Assembly (NCBI GenBank): GCA_965226885.1
Contig: CBDDEL010000010.1
Location: forward strand, 361,168-425,167
Length of the DNA: 64,000 nt
DNA from: Opitutales bacterium
Lineage (GTDB): Bacteria; Verrucomicrobiota; Verrucomicrobiia; Opitutales; UBA2987
Reading direction: 5' to 3'
Shown here piece by piece: positions 9,600 to 18,714 of the stretch. The position numbers were made by a program, and so were the translations under genes. Under the pieces are notes generated by a model. It was not told the DNA's origin. It saw nothing but the letters and a program-made list of their open reading frames with translations, and searched no databases. The stretch's first letter is position 1. Each line of letters starts with the position of its first letter.

Positions 9600-10403
9600 A
9601 TGGGCGAAAGGTTGAAGAATAAAGTAGCGATCGTTACCGGAGCCGGATCTATCGGAGCGGGATGGGGCAATGGCAAAGCAACGGCCGTTTTGTTCGCACG
9701 TGAAGGGGCAAAGGTGTTCGCCATCGATATTAATCCGGCCGCTGCGGCCGAGACAAGGGCACTCATTAGAGAGGAAGGGGGGGAGTGCGCGGTACACGAA
9801 GGTGACGTCTCAAAAGCGAGAGATGTCGAAGCCATGGTTGACCATTGTATTGAAACATTCGGAAGCGTCGATATTCTCCATAATAACGTCGGCATTTTGG
9901 ATTTGGGTGGCCCCGTTGAAACCAGTGAGGAGAGTTGGGATCGTGTCATCGCGGTCAATCTTAAGAGCCTCTTTCTTATGTGCAAATACGTGCTGCCTCA
10001 TATGGAAAGCAAGGGGGGGGCCATCGTCAATGTCTCGTCTATCGCCGGAATCCGTTGGCTGGGAACTTCCTATATTTCCTATAGCACGACGAAAGCGGGG
10101 ATCATTCAGTTCACGCAAGCCGTTGCCCTGCAATACGCGGCGAAGCGCATCCGGTGCAACTGTGTATTGCCCGGACTAATAAATACGCCATTGGTGCGCA
10201 AAGCATTGGGCAGCGGTTATGCCGAAGGTGATATACAAAATTTGATGGACGCCCGGGATCGCCAATGCCCCATGGGCAAAATGGGTGATGCCTGGGATGT
10301 TGCCTACGCAGCGCTGTTCCTCGCTTCAGACGAAGCCAGATATATCACCGGCACCCAACTGATCATCGATGGCGGGTTAAGTTGTACTTCGGTGGCGCCA
10401 TGA
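9600..10403 (+). CDS. Short-chain dehydrogenase/reductase (SDR) family oxidoreductase
   Basis: 267-aa ORF with the TGAGSIGAG cofactor motif, NNVG and the YSTTK catalytic motif. Confidence 0.85.
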   Translation: MGERLKNKVAIVTGAGSIGAGWGNGKATAVLFAREGAKVFAIDINPAAAAETRALIREEGGECAVHEGDVSKARDVEAMVDHCIETFGSVDILHNNVGILDLGGPVETSEESWDRVIAVNLKSLFLMCKYVLPHMESKGGAIVNVSSIAGIRWLGTSYISYSTTKAGIIQFTQAVALQYAAKRIRCNCVLPGLINTPLVRKALGSGYAEGDIQNLMDARDRQCPMGKMGDAWDVAYAALFLASDEARYITGTQLIIDGGLSCTSVAP

Positions 10404-10442
10404 AGTGCTCCTCGAACCCATCCTTATATGACCATTCGGATT

Positions 10443-12008
10443 TCAGATCACTTTTCGATCCTTCCCTTGCCAATACTTTTTCCGCACCTCCCGTTTGACA
10501 ATTTTTCCATAATTGTTTTTGGGTAATTCATCCACAAAATCGACAGACTTGGGCTTTTTGTAGCTCGCGATATAGTCTTTGCAGAAATTGATTATTTCCG
10601 CTTCTGTAATTGTTTGCCCCGGGACAATTGAGACGACGGCTTTAATGGCCTCACCCCATTTCGGGTCTGGAACCCCGATCACGGCAACCTCTCGAATCCC
10701 CGGATGTTGAATGATCACCTCCTCGATTTCACGGGGATAAATATTTTCACCGCCACTGATAATCATGTCCTTTGACCGATCCATTAGAAAGAGATACCCA
10801 AACTCATCGATGTAGCCAACGTCTCCAGTGTGCAACCACCCGTTTTTCAGTGTCTCGGCAGTGGCTTCCCGGTTACGCCAATATCCTTTCATCACCAGAT
10901 CCGACCGCGTAACAATTTCACCTATTTCGCCAGAGTCCAATTCACTTTCATTGCCGTCGACAATAGCAACTTCAACATCAGTACGTGCGATGCCCGCTGA
11001 CGCGAGCCGCTTCATCTGCGCAACGTTACCTTGCAACACGTGATCATGATGTGGCAGGTAGGTGATGGTCATGGGCGATTCGCCCATCCCGTAGAGCTGA
11101 ACCAGACAAGGACCGAGTTTGGCCATAGCCTTTTTGAGATCTTCGAGCAGCATGGGAGCCCCTCCGTAGATAACGGCTTTCAGGGAACTGAGATCGTAGC
11201 GTTCCACCGCGGGGCTCTCTATCAGCCGGATAACCATTGTGGGAGCAACGAACATATTCGTCACGCGATAGGTTTCAACAGCTTTCAAGACCAGATCGGG
11301 ATCATAGGATTTGGATTCTAAAATAATGTTGGTTCCGCCCTTTCCGATGTTGGGCAGTGCGTACAAACCGCTGCCATGGGAGAGCGGGGCACCGTGCAGG
11401 ATAGTTTCGCAAGGACCAAAATCGGGACAAATATCCGCATAGAAATTCATCGTCATGGCAAGCAGGTTGCGATGGGTCAACATGGCTCCTTTGGGCATTC
11501 CCGTTGTGCCCGATGTGTAAAAGAGCCACGCCAGGTCATCAGGAGTCACATCAGCATCTGCAAACTGTTCAGATTCCGAAGAAAGGATGGTTTCATAGTC
11601 CAGAAGTTCGCCCTCGGCGCCACTTACCGTGACGATATGGCTAACATGCGGTAATCGGTCCCGGACACCCATAATTGATTCGTTGAACTCAGACGAGATA
11701 ATCAGCGCTTTGGATTCTGAATGGTCGATGATGAACGCAAATTCTTTGGGATGCAGCCGAAAGTTGATCGGAACGACCCCACAACCAGCCTTGAAACAGG
11801 CAAAGATCGACTCCAGCACTTGAGGGAGATTATACATAAGTACAGCGACGTTATCTCCTTGCTCGACGCCGAGACTGCGAAGCCCGTTTGACAAACGGTT
11901 CGCGCGTGCGTCGAATTGGGCATAGGTTAGCTTCCGGGAACCGTGGGCAATTGCCAGCTTTTCGGGATAAGTTCGCGCGGACTTTGACAGTAGCTGACCA
12001 ATGTTCAT
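10443..12008 (-). CDS. AMP-dependent fatty-acid--CoA ligase
   Basis: 521-aa ORF with YTSGTTGMPKGAMLTHRNL, GYWRNREAT, TGDVGYIDEFGY and a C-terminal ..NNYGKIVKRE motif. Confidence 0.85.
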   Translation of the reverse strand: MNIGQLLSKSARTYPEKLAIAHGSRKLTYAQFDARANRLSNGLRSLGVEQGDNVAVLMYNLPQVLESIFACFKAGCGVVPINFRLHPKEFAFIIDHSESKALIISSEFNESIMGVRDRLPHVSHIVTVSGAEGELLDYETILSSESEQFADADVTPDDLAWLFYTSGTTGMPKGAMLTHRNLLAMTMNFYADICPDFGPCETILHGAPLSHGSGLYALPNIGKGGTNIILESKSYDPDLVLKAVETYRVTNMFVAPTMVIRLIESPAVERYDLSSLKAVIYGGAPMLLEDLKKAMAKLGPCLVQLYGMGESPMTITYLPHHDHVLQGNVAQMKRLASAGIARTDVEVAIVDGNESELDSGEIGEIVTRSDLVMKGYWRNREATAETLKNGWLHTGDVGYIDEFGYLFLMDRSKDMIISGGENIYPREIEEVIIQHPGIREVAVIGVPDPKWGEAIKAVVSIVPGQTITEAEIINFCKDYIASYKKPKSVDFVDELPKNNYGKIVKREVRKKYWQGKDRKVI

Positions 12009-13310
12009 CGTGCAGGTGCGCTTCGGCCTTCCTTCTGGTATCTTTCAAGTAAAGATTTCAGTTGCTGAACTACCTCAGGGTGATCCCGGTAGCAGTTGTG
12101 CCTCTGAAAAAGATCTCTTTCCAGGTCATAGAGCTGAGCTGGTGGGGCACCCTCCTTAATTTCCCCATTTCGTTTAAGGTCACTATTGACTTGCCCGGTC
12201 AAGGCATGCCATTTACGCCAGTTGTAGGAACCTTCCGTATCCGTATCGAAGCCACCCGCGCCCTGGTTCGAGATGTAAACCCACTTTCCTTTTCGCAGGG
12301 AATGATGATCAGGACTTCGCGGGGCGATCAAGAAATGATCACGAATGGGCTCGCGGGGTTCCCCAATCAATGCGGGCAATAAGTTGAAACTGTCAACACC
12401 CTCGTCATCCTCGAGCTTGTATCCCAGGATGGCCGCGATGGTAGCCAACATGTCAACGCTTGAAACGAGTTGATCGGATCGGGAACCCGGTGTAATATGC
12501 CCTGGCCAGCGAGCGAGAAAGGGCACCCGATGGCCGCCTTCCCAGGCGTCGAACTTAAAGCCAAGCAGATCCCCGTTGATACGGTGACCCGCCTCCCAGG
12601 CAACTTTTCCGCCTTCGTTCAGCATGCCTCCATTATCACTGGTGAAGATCACCAGCGTATTGTCTCTCAATTTCAGTTCATCAAGGGTATCGAGAATCCG
12701 GCCAACCGCCCAATCCAGTTCGTGTATAGAATCCCCATAAGGACCGCAGTCACTGGTCCCCTTGAATTGGTCGTGGGGAGTGAACGGGTGATGAATATTG
12801 GTCGTTGGGAAGTAGAGGAAAAAAGGGTCCTCCTTATGGCTGCGAATCCAGTCTACGGCACGGTTAGTCAAAGTGGTGCACACTTCTTCGTCCTTATAAA
12901 GAGCGTGGGCCGCACGCGCGCCGCCGACGCTCCCGGTGTCAAACTTCTCTGGATGTGACTCCGTATTGCCCGGACCACCAAAAACAGATGTACTGGAGGA
13001 ATCTCGGCCCGCTTCGGTATTGCTCGGACCGCCAAAAACGATTGGATCATCAGGATCATGGCCCTTTATTTGATGGTCCTCGATATAAACGAAAGGGGGG
13101 TGGCTGTTTACAACCGGCACCCCGAAGTAGGTGTCGAATCCAATTTCTAGCGGCCCCGGGTTTAGCTCGCCGTTCCAATCGGGTGTTTTCTCACCGGAAA
13201 CCCAAGTGCCATTTTCCAATGCAAGCCGTAGAGTAGCCGTGGTTCTTTAGAAGCCGGGCAATAGTCATCTTGCCCGGGTCAATCAAAAGACCGTCTTTGT
13301 GAAATGCGGG
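12005..13310 (-). pseudogene. Sulfatase, 5'-truncated by IS3 element G and frameshifted
   Basis: The main ORF has a sulfatase-like core (..FTSDNGG.., ..GGHRVPF..). The upstream segment translates as ..LLKNHGYSTACIGKWHLG in another frame (indel near 13190). The Cys/Ser-x-P-x-R active-site region is missing because G starts at 13311. Confidence 0.75.
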
Positions 13311-13336
13311 TGATGTGACCGCCGAAAACACTACCA

Positions 13337-13645
13337 TTGCCAGTGAGAGTCTTTCTGGAGAAATTACCGGAAAGACCTATGAAGCAAAAAAGATACACCC
13401 CTGAACAAATCATAACGATACTGCGCGAAGTAGACGCAGGCAAAGGCATTCAGGATGTCTGTCGGTCCCACAATATCAGTCCTCAAAGCTACCATCGTTG
13501 GCGTAAAAAGTATGGCCGCATGGAGCTGCGTGACGCCAAGCGGCTGAAGGAGCTGGAGCGCGAGAACACACAGCTTAAGAAGATTGTAGCCGAGCAGATG
13601 CTGGAGAACCGTGTGCTCAAGGAGGTGAACGCAAAAAAATGGTAG
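13337..13645 (+). CDS. IS3-family transposase OrfA (HTH)
   Basis: MKQKRYTPEQIITILREVDAGKGIQDVCRSHNISPQSYHRWRKKY plus a leucine-zipper-like tail. The true start is probably the ATG at 13379. Confidence 0.8.
   Translation: MPVRVFLEKLPERPMKQKRYTPEQIITILREVDAGKGIQDVCRSHNISPQSYHRWRKKYGRMELRDAKRLKELERENTQLKKIVAEQMLENRVLKEVNAKKW
13633..13639 (+). promoter_or_regulatory. Programmed -1 frameshift site (A AAA AAA) of IS3 element G
   Basis: A7 run at the orfA end. orfB (13639..) lies in the -1 frame relative to orfA by coordinate arithmetic. Confidence 0.6.
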
Positions 13646-14613
13646 GCCCGAAGCAGAAAAAGGAAGCGGTGAAGCATGTATTGGCCCAAGGGTCGTGCTC
13701 GCTGCGTCGGGCCTGTCAGTATTTTGGGTTGCACCGCTCAACCTACCTGTATGAACCCAAGAAAGCTACTGAGTATAGGCATAAACTGGTGGCACGCATC
13801 ATTGCCTTTTCGAAGAAGCATCCGCGCTATGGCTATCGTCGGATCCGCGCTTTGTTGACCCATGAAGGTTGGCCCGTGAGTCGCAAATTCGTCCAAAAAG
13901 TGCGTCGTTTCGAAGGACTGGGTGTGCGGCCGTCTCGCAAGCGCCGTCGCCGGCAGGGCCAATCCACGGCTACCCCGACCCGAGCAGTGCAGCCCAACCA
14001 TGTGTGGAGTTGGGACTTCGTGGCGGATCGCACCGACCGGGGCGGTCCGCTCAGGCTCTTGACACTGATCGATGAACATACCCGTCAATGCCTGGCCATT
14101 AAGGTTGCGCGCTCACTGAAAAGTGCCGATGTGGTAGAGGTATTGAACGATGCCATAAGAGAGAACGGCAAACCTCAGTGCATCCGCTCGGACAACGGAT
14201 CGGAGTTTATAGCCCACCAAGTCAAAGAAGAACTGCAGCGACAGGAAATTGCCATCGCATACATTGATCCAGGAAGCCCTTGGCAGAATGGACATATAGA
14301 ATCCTTTCATAATCGTTTGCGCGATGAATGCCTTAATCAGGAACTGTTCCTGAGCGTGACCGAAGCGCGTGTGGTGGTCGAACAATGGCGACACAAATAC
14401 AACGCGAAACACCCCCACAGCCGATTAGGCTTTCTCTCCCCAAATACATTTGCCAGACTCTGGCGAACAATCAACAAAGCAGCGGCTGGCTCCATTCGGC
14501 CTACGGCCTCATTGCGCCACCCGCTGCAAAACCTACAATACCAAAATACCAAACCTACGGAAATACTCTCACTTAAAGTGGTAGCAAAGATGGGGTCCGA
14601 TCATTACCTATAA
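13639..14613 (+). CDS. IS3-family transposase OrfB (integrase core, DDE)
   Basis: 324-aa ORF with ..WSWDFV..LLTLIDEHTR.., ..RSDNGSEF.. and ..SPWQNGHIESFHNRLRDE.. rve-type motifs. Confidence 0.85.
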   Translation: MVGPKQKKEAVKHVLAQGSCSLRRACQYFGLHRSTYLYEPKKATEYRHKLVARIIAFSKKHPRYGYRRIRALLTHEGWPVSRKFVQKVRRFEGLGVRPSRKRRRRQGQSTATPTRAVQPNHVWSWDFVADRTDRGGPLRLLTLIDEHTRQCLAIKVARSLKSADVVEVLNDAIRENGKPQCIRSDNGSEFIAHQVKEELQRQEIAIAYIDPGSPWQNGHIESFHNRLRDECLNQELFLSVTEARVVVEQWRHKYNAKHPHSRLGFLSPNTFARLWRTINKAAAGSIRPTASLRHPLQNLQYQNTKPTEILSLKVVAKMGSDHYL

Positions 14614-14755
14614 CAAAATACTGAACAAGGACTGAACCGCGGTCAATAATTCTACTTTTGGGTGTTTAGTGGAATCACATGATATTGGAATGTGACGTGT
14701 ACTGGATTTGTTGGACACGGGATTCTCTTATATTCATTGTTTATTGATTAGTGTG

Positions 14756-15709
14756 TCAGGCGGCTTGTTTTGGTAAAGGGCTTTGTTTTCTCGTTGCCCC
14801 CCATGGGGGGCAAATATTTTCCTCGAATTGGACTGGGCTTTGGTAACTCAGAGAGGAATGTTTGCGATATCGGTTGTAGAAGATTTCCACGTATTCGAAG
14901 ACAGTTGATCGCAGTTCGCGCTCGTCGGCAAAGTGGCGGCCTCGAATCGTGCTGGTCTTGAAGCGGCCGTAGAACGATTCCATGGCCGCGTTGTCGTAGC
15001 AGTTGCCTTGGGCGCTCATGCTCGGCTTCATGCCTAGTTCAGAGACCAGCCTCTGATAGTCGTCGCTGGCGTAGGGGCTGCCCCGATCGCTGTGATGAAT
15101 AATCCCGGTGCGCAGTGTGCCGCGGGTCATGGCCGCGGCTTTGAGGGCCTTGCCAACCAGCTTCGCGTCGTTGTGGTTGGAAACGCTCCAGCCCAGCAGG
15201 CGTCGGCTGAACAGGTCCATCACCGTGGCCAAGTACATCCAACCGGCCAGGGTCCGTAGGTAGGTCGTGTCCGCCACCCAGACCTCGTCGATATGGGTCG
15301 GCTGGCCATGCTTTTTAAGCACATTGGGGCTGTAACCATAGGGATGGTTACTGTTGGTTTTTAATGGCTTAAAGCGTTTACTCTGGGTGCTTTTGATTCC
15401 CATTTCACGCATCAGACGCAGAGCCCGGTCACGGCCGCAATCGATGCCCTCATCATCCTTCAGATGGCGGTGCATTGGCCGATGCCCATAGCGGCCCTTG
15501 GCCTCTTTGTGTACCTTCAGGATCGCCCCCTTGATTCCCTCGTCCTCGATCCGCCGGGCCGAGGGCGCTCGGTGCCTCCAGCAGTAATAGCCACTGCGAC
15601 AAATCCCCATCGCCGAGCATATTTCCTCGATCTTGAAGCGCCCCTCGTTGTCTTTGACAAACTGGTACTTCATTGTTCGTCCTTGGCAAAGTAGCCCACC
15701 GTTTTTTTT
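14756..15709 (-). CDS. IS3-family transposase OrfB (integrase core), reached by -1 frameshift at the A8 run 15702-15709
   Basis: ..VWVADTTYL..ATVMDLFSRR.., ..HHSDRGSPY.., ..GNCYDNAAMESF.. rve motifs. orfB is in the -1 frame relative to orfA. Confidence 0.85.
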   Translation of the reverse strand, partial: KKNGGLLCQGRTMKYQFVKDNEGRFKIEEICSAMGICRSGYYCWRHRAPSARRIEDEGIKGAILKVHKEAKGRYGHRPMHRHLKDDEGIDCGRDRALRLMREMGIKSTQSKRFKPLKTNSNHPYGYSPNVLKKHGQPTHIDEVWVADTTYLRTLAGWMYLATVMDLFSRRLLGWSVSNHNDAKLVGKALKAAAMTRGTLRTGIIHHSDRGSPYASDDYQRLVSELGMKPSMSAQGNCYDNAAMESFYGRFKTSTIRGRHFADERELRSTVFEYVEIFYNRYRKHSSLSYQSPVQFEENICPPWGATRKQSPLPKQAA

Positions 15710-15981
15710 AGTATCTGGTTGATCCGCTCCGAGCGGCGCAGCTCTTTGCGAAGACGATCTATCTCGGCCGCCATCTCCTTCGGACTGCTCTGTCGCTTTG
15801 AGGTGGCTTCGCCCTGCTGATCGTCCAGATAGAGCCTCTTCCACCTATACAATTGGTTGGTGTTGACCCCAAGTTTGGTCGATACCTCGGTGGCGCTCAG
15901 ACCATCGAGTATCATCAGTTGAACTGCCTCATTTTTGAACTCTATACTAAAGCGTCTTCTTCCCATGCTTCGATTCTCCAT
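15670..15981 (-). CDS. IS3-family transposase OrfA
   Basis: 103-aa ORF, RRRFSIEFKNEAVQLM..GLSATEVSTKLGVNTNQLYRWKR, HTH_Tnp_1-like. Confidence 0.8.
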   Translation of the reverse strand: MENRSMGRRRFSIEFKNEAVQLMILDGLSATEVSTKLGVNTNQLYRWKRLYLDDQQGEATSKRQSSPKEMAAEIDRLRKELRRSERINQILKKTVGYFAKDEQ

Positions 15982-16164
15982 TTAGGAGAATCTCGTGTCC
16001 ACTTTTTCCAGTGCACATCACACTCTTGGCGGTTCAGCCGGTTAGCATGACCGTTCATTCTCCAGCCATTTTGATAAACATAGCTCGCCGACAAACGTCC
16101 CGGAGAAATATTGTTAATCTAGTGCAAGTAAATTTCAGTTATATTAGCGTACGCCCTGGAAATT

Positions 16165-16585
16165 TCATTTAATCGACCTGATGGGGCTCAAGAGGCTGGC
16201 GTAGTGCCGCTCCGTCACCATGTAACTATCCCCCAGGAACTGCGCCGCCGCCATCAAACCATCCCGTGTGGCAATCACGCTGCCGGCATGCTTGCGCAGC
16301 TCGTGTAGCCGATTGGTCCGCTCCGGGCTGGAGCCGCCCCCCTCACCCTCCCCCCTCACCCTCCCCGCAAGCATGCGAAAAAATCTGCCAAGCCTGAGCC
16401 CTTGCGGCCCGCTCCTCATATTTACCTGTGGCCCGCCAAAAACTCTTGCCCTTGAAACGGAACCGCACATGATACACCCTAGGCTTCCCCTTCTGGAAGA
16501 CATTCAAATTGTTTTGTCCGAACGATATCAACCCTCTCATAATAACACGCTTTATAGCACAATACAAAGGTAATAAAACACACAA
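16165..16585 (-). pseudogene. Tyrosine recombinase/integrase remnant (N- and C-terminal pieces only, different frames)
   Basis: The C-terminal piece ..HELRKHAGSVIATRDGLMAAAQFLGDSYMVTERHYASL fits the H-x-x-R...Y catalytic end. The N-terminal piece is KGKPRVYHVRFRFKGKSFWRATGKYEERAARAQAW. Only ~140 codons remain, joined around a C-rich direct repeat at 16330-16365. Confidence 0.6.
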
Positions 16586-16674
16586 ATCCCAACAATACTG
16601 ACGACATTAAATTTCTTAACTCACTCTCAAACAACGACAAAGCCGCATAGAATAGCGGAAAGTTAATTGCCAGG

Positions 16675-16750
16675 GCCTCCGTAGCTCAGTTGGTAGAGCA
16701 GGTGACTCTTAATCACTTGGTCGAAGGTTCGAGTCCTTCCGGGGGTACCA
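16675..16750 (+). tRNA. tRNA-Lys (anticodon CTT), 76 nt, CCA encoded
   Basis: Hand-folded cloverleaf. Acceptor GCCTCCG/CGGGGGT (two G-U pairs), D arm GCTC..GAGC, anticodon stem GGTGA/TCACT with loop CTCTTAA, T arm GAAGG-TTCGAGT-CCTTC. Confidence 0.85.
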
Positions 16751-17140
16751 TTGATATTCAATGGGTTATGCCTTTTTATCGTTACTGGTTACTGGAAAAA
16801 ATACTACTGTCCGGTTTTATAGGTTCCGCAAATTGTAGTTTTGCCACCCCAGAAGTGTTGGTTTGCACGCCACTGAGGGTTGAATGGGATCACTTTTTGA
16901 ATTGGCCGACAGAGTTCGATAATTTTTTTTCTCACTAACCCAACCACTTAAACTTGGGTTGAGAAAATTTCTCACGAATGACCTAGGCCTTTTTCATGTG
17001 TCCGGGGTTGACCAAGGAATGCCTTTACCGCAATACGCTGTCATAGAAGGAAAAATATTGAGCACAATATCTAGCTAACACTGATGGGATCTCCTTCGTC
17101 GAAAGTTTCTTAACCCGGATATTTCGTAAAAAAAGTATCG

Positions 17141-18511
17141 TTGATATGCTTAACTGCTGATATACAGCAGGATAGATCAATAATTAAAGCAATATCAGCG
17201 ATGACAAAAGGTAAACAATTAAAGCTACAGTTGACAAGGGTAAAAGGCCGCCGTGTGCGGGTTGATTTCAAGGGCGGAGAGGTTACTTCGGATGCCGGAC
17301 TGCTTTTGATCCGGGAAGTGGATCGGCAGTTGGGCTTGACCGAACGAGCGGCCCGACAGTTAGTGGACAAACGGCAGAAGGGCAAAGTACGCCATGAGGT
17401 CTTGGGGATGCTGCGGCAGCGCGTTTACGGGCTGGTGGCGGGCTATGAGGATTTGAACGACTTTGATACCCTGCGCCACGATCCATTGTTGCAAACGGTA
17501 ACGGGGCGCATTGAAACGTTGGCCAGCGCGCCGACTTTGTGTCGTTTTGAAAACGGGCAGGATCGGCGGGCGGCCTTTGCGGTAAACGAGCTGTTGGTCG
17601 AACAGTTCATGGGCTCCTTTGCCGAGGAACCCGAAGAGATCATCCTGGACTTTGACGCCACCGACAATCCGGTGCACGGGCTCCAGGAGGGACGTTTTTT
17701 CCACGGTTATTATGATCATTACTGTTTTCTGCCGCTATATGTTTTTTGCGGTGATCAGCTGCTGGTGGCCTACCTGCGGCCGAGCAAGATCGATGCCAGC
17801 AAGCATGCCGGGGCCATCCTCAAATTGCTGGTTAAACGGATTCGCCAAAGCTGGCCCCGTACGCGGATTATTTGGCGCGCCGACAGTGGATTTTGTCGAG
17901 ACCGGATACTCTCTTGGTGCGACCGCAACGAAGTTAGTTACATCGTGGGGATGGCTCGCAATGCACGCTTGCAGCAAGACGCCCAGCAGTTGCAAAAGCA
18001 GGCCAAAGAATGGTTCGAACTAAGGGGTAAAAAACAACGGTTATTCCAGGACTTCGTCTATGCTGCCGATTCGTGGCGATGGCTGCGGTTGGTCATCCAT
18101 AAAGCCGAACACACCGCACAGGGGTCCAACCCGCGCTTCGTGGTGACGAACCTGCCGGGCGATCCCCAGGAGCTTTACGACAAGGTATACTGTGGCCGCG
18201 GTGAAATGGAGAACCGAATCAAGGAACAGATGCAATTGTTCAGCGAGCGCACCAGCGCCCATCAATGGTGGGCCAATCAGTGGCGATTGCTCTTGTCGGC
18301 GCTGGCCTACACCTTGATGGAAGCCATGCGCCGGTTAGCCTTAAAAGGGACGAAGTGGGCGCGGGCCCAATGCCACACCCTGCGGCTCAAATTAATCAAG
18401 ATCGGAGCGGTCATCGTGCGCAACACCCGAACGATTCACTTTCACCTAAGTGAGAGTTATCCTTGGGCCAGTCTTTTCAACCATGCGGCCCGCCGATTGG
18501 TGCCAACCTAA
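17141..18511 (+). CDS. IS1380-family DDE transposase (copy A2, intact)
   Basis: Identical in length and nearly identical in sequence to the A1 transposase. Confidence 0.9.
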   Translation: MICLTADIQQDRSIIKAISAMTKGKQLKLQLTRVKGRRVRVDFKGGEVTSDAGLLLIREVDRQLGLTERAARQLVDKRQKGKVRHEVLGMLRQRVYGLVAGYEDLNDFDTLRHDPLLQTVTGRIETLASAPTLCRFENGQDRRAAFAVNELLVEQFMGSFAEEPEEIILDFDATDNPVHGLQEGRFFHGYYDHYCFLPLYVFCGDQLLVAYLRPSKIDASKHAGAILKLLVKRIRQSWPRTRIIWRADSGFCRDRILSWCDRNEVSYIVGMARNARLQQDAQQLQKQAKEWFELRGKKQRLFQDFVYAADSWRWLRLVIHKAEHTAQGSNPRFVVTNLPGDPQELYDKVYCGRGEMENRIKEQMQLFSERTSAHQWWANQWRLLLSALAYTLMEAMRRLALKGTKWARAQCHTLRLKLIKIGAVIVRNTRTIHFHLSESYPWASLFNHAARRLVPT

Positions 18512-18714
18512 AGGGTGCATTGGTGCTGCCCCCGGCACTACCGAACCAATGGGGGAAAGGGGGCAGTGTCTCTACACCCTGAAAAACACCTAAAAATCAA
18601 GACGATCTGCTCAAAATACAAAGAAATCCATCTCCAATAGTGTAAACGCCGGGGAAAAACCGGTACGGTAAAGAGGGCGCTTTAAAACCGGTACGCTTAT
18701 CCTAGAAAGGAGGA

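Larger units (their letters stand above)
13311..14603 (+). mobile_element. IS3-family IS, element G (1293 bp)
   Basis: Imperfect ~45-bp terminal inverted repeats starting TGATGTGACC.. / TGATCGGACC... orfA/orfB arrangement with an A7 slippery run. The flanking trinucleotides do not match (GGG vs TTA). Confidence 0.8.
14691..16022 (-). mobile_element. IS3-family IS, element H (1332 bp)
   Basis: Terminal inverted repeats TGTGACGTGTACTGG..TGGACACGGGATTCTC / TGTGATGTGCACTGG..TGGACACGAGATTCTC. orfA/orfB with an A8 run. No matching flanking duplication seen. Confidence 0.8.

Noticed and set aside
9501-10179. ORFs antisense to or overlapping the SDR gene (9501-9797, 9578-9985, 9670-10179, 9810-10133).
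   Set aside because: They overlap a gene with clear SDR motifs and have no independent support.
16690-16938. An 82-aa ORF starting inside tRNA-Lys, and ORFs 55993-56292 and 56031-56357 overlapping tRNA-Ser.
   Set aside because: They overlap well-folded tRNA genes and have no coding signal.
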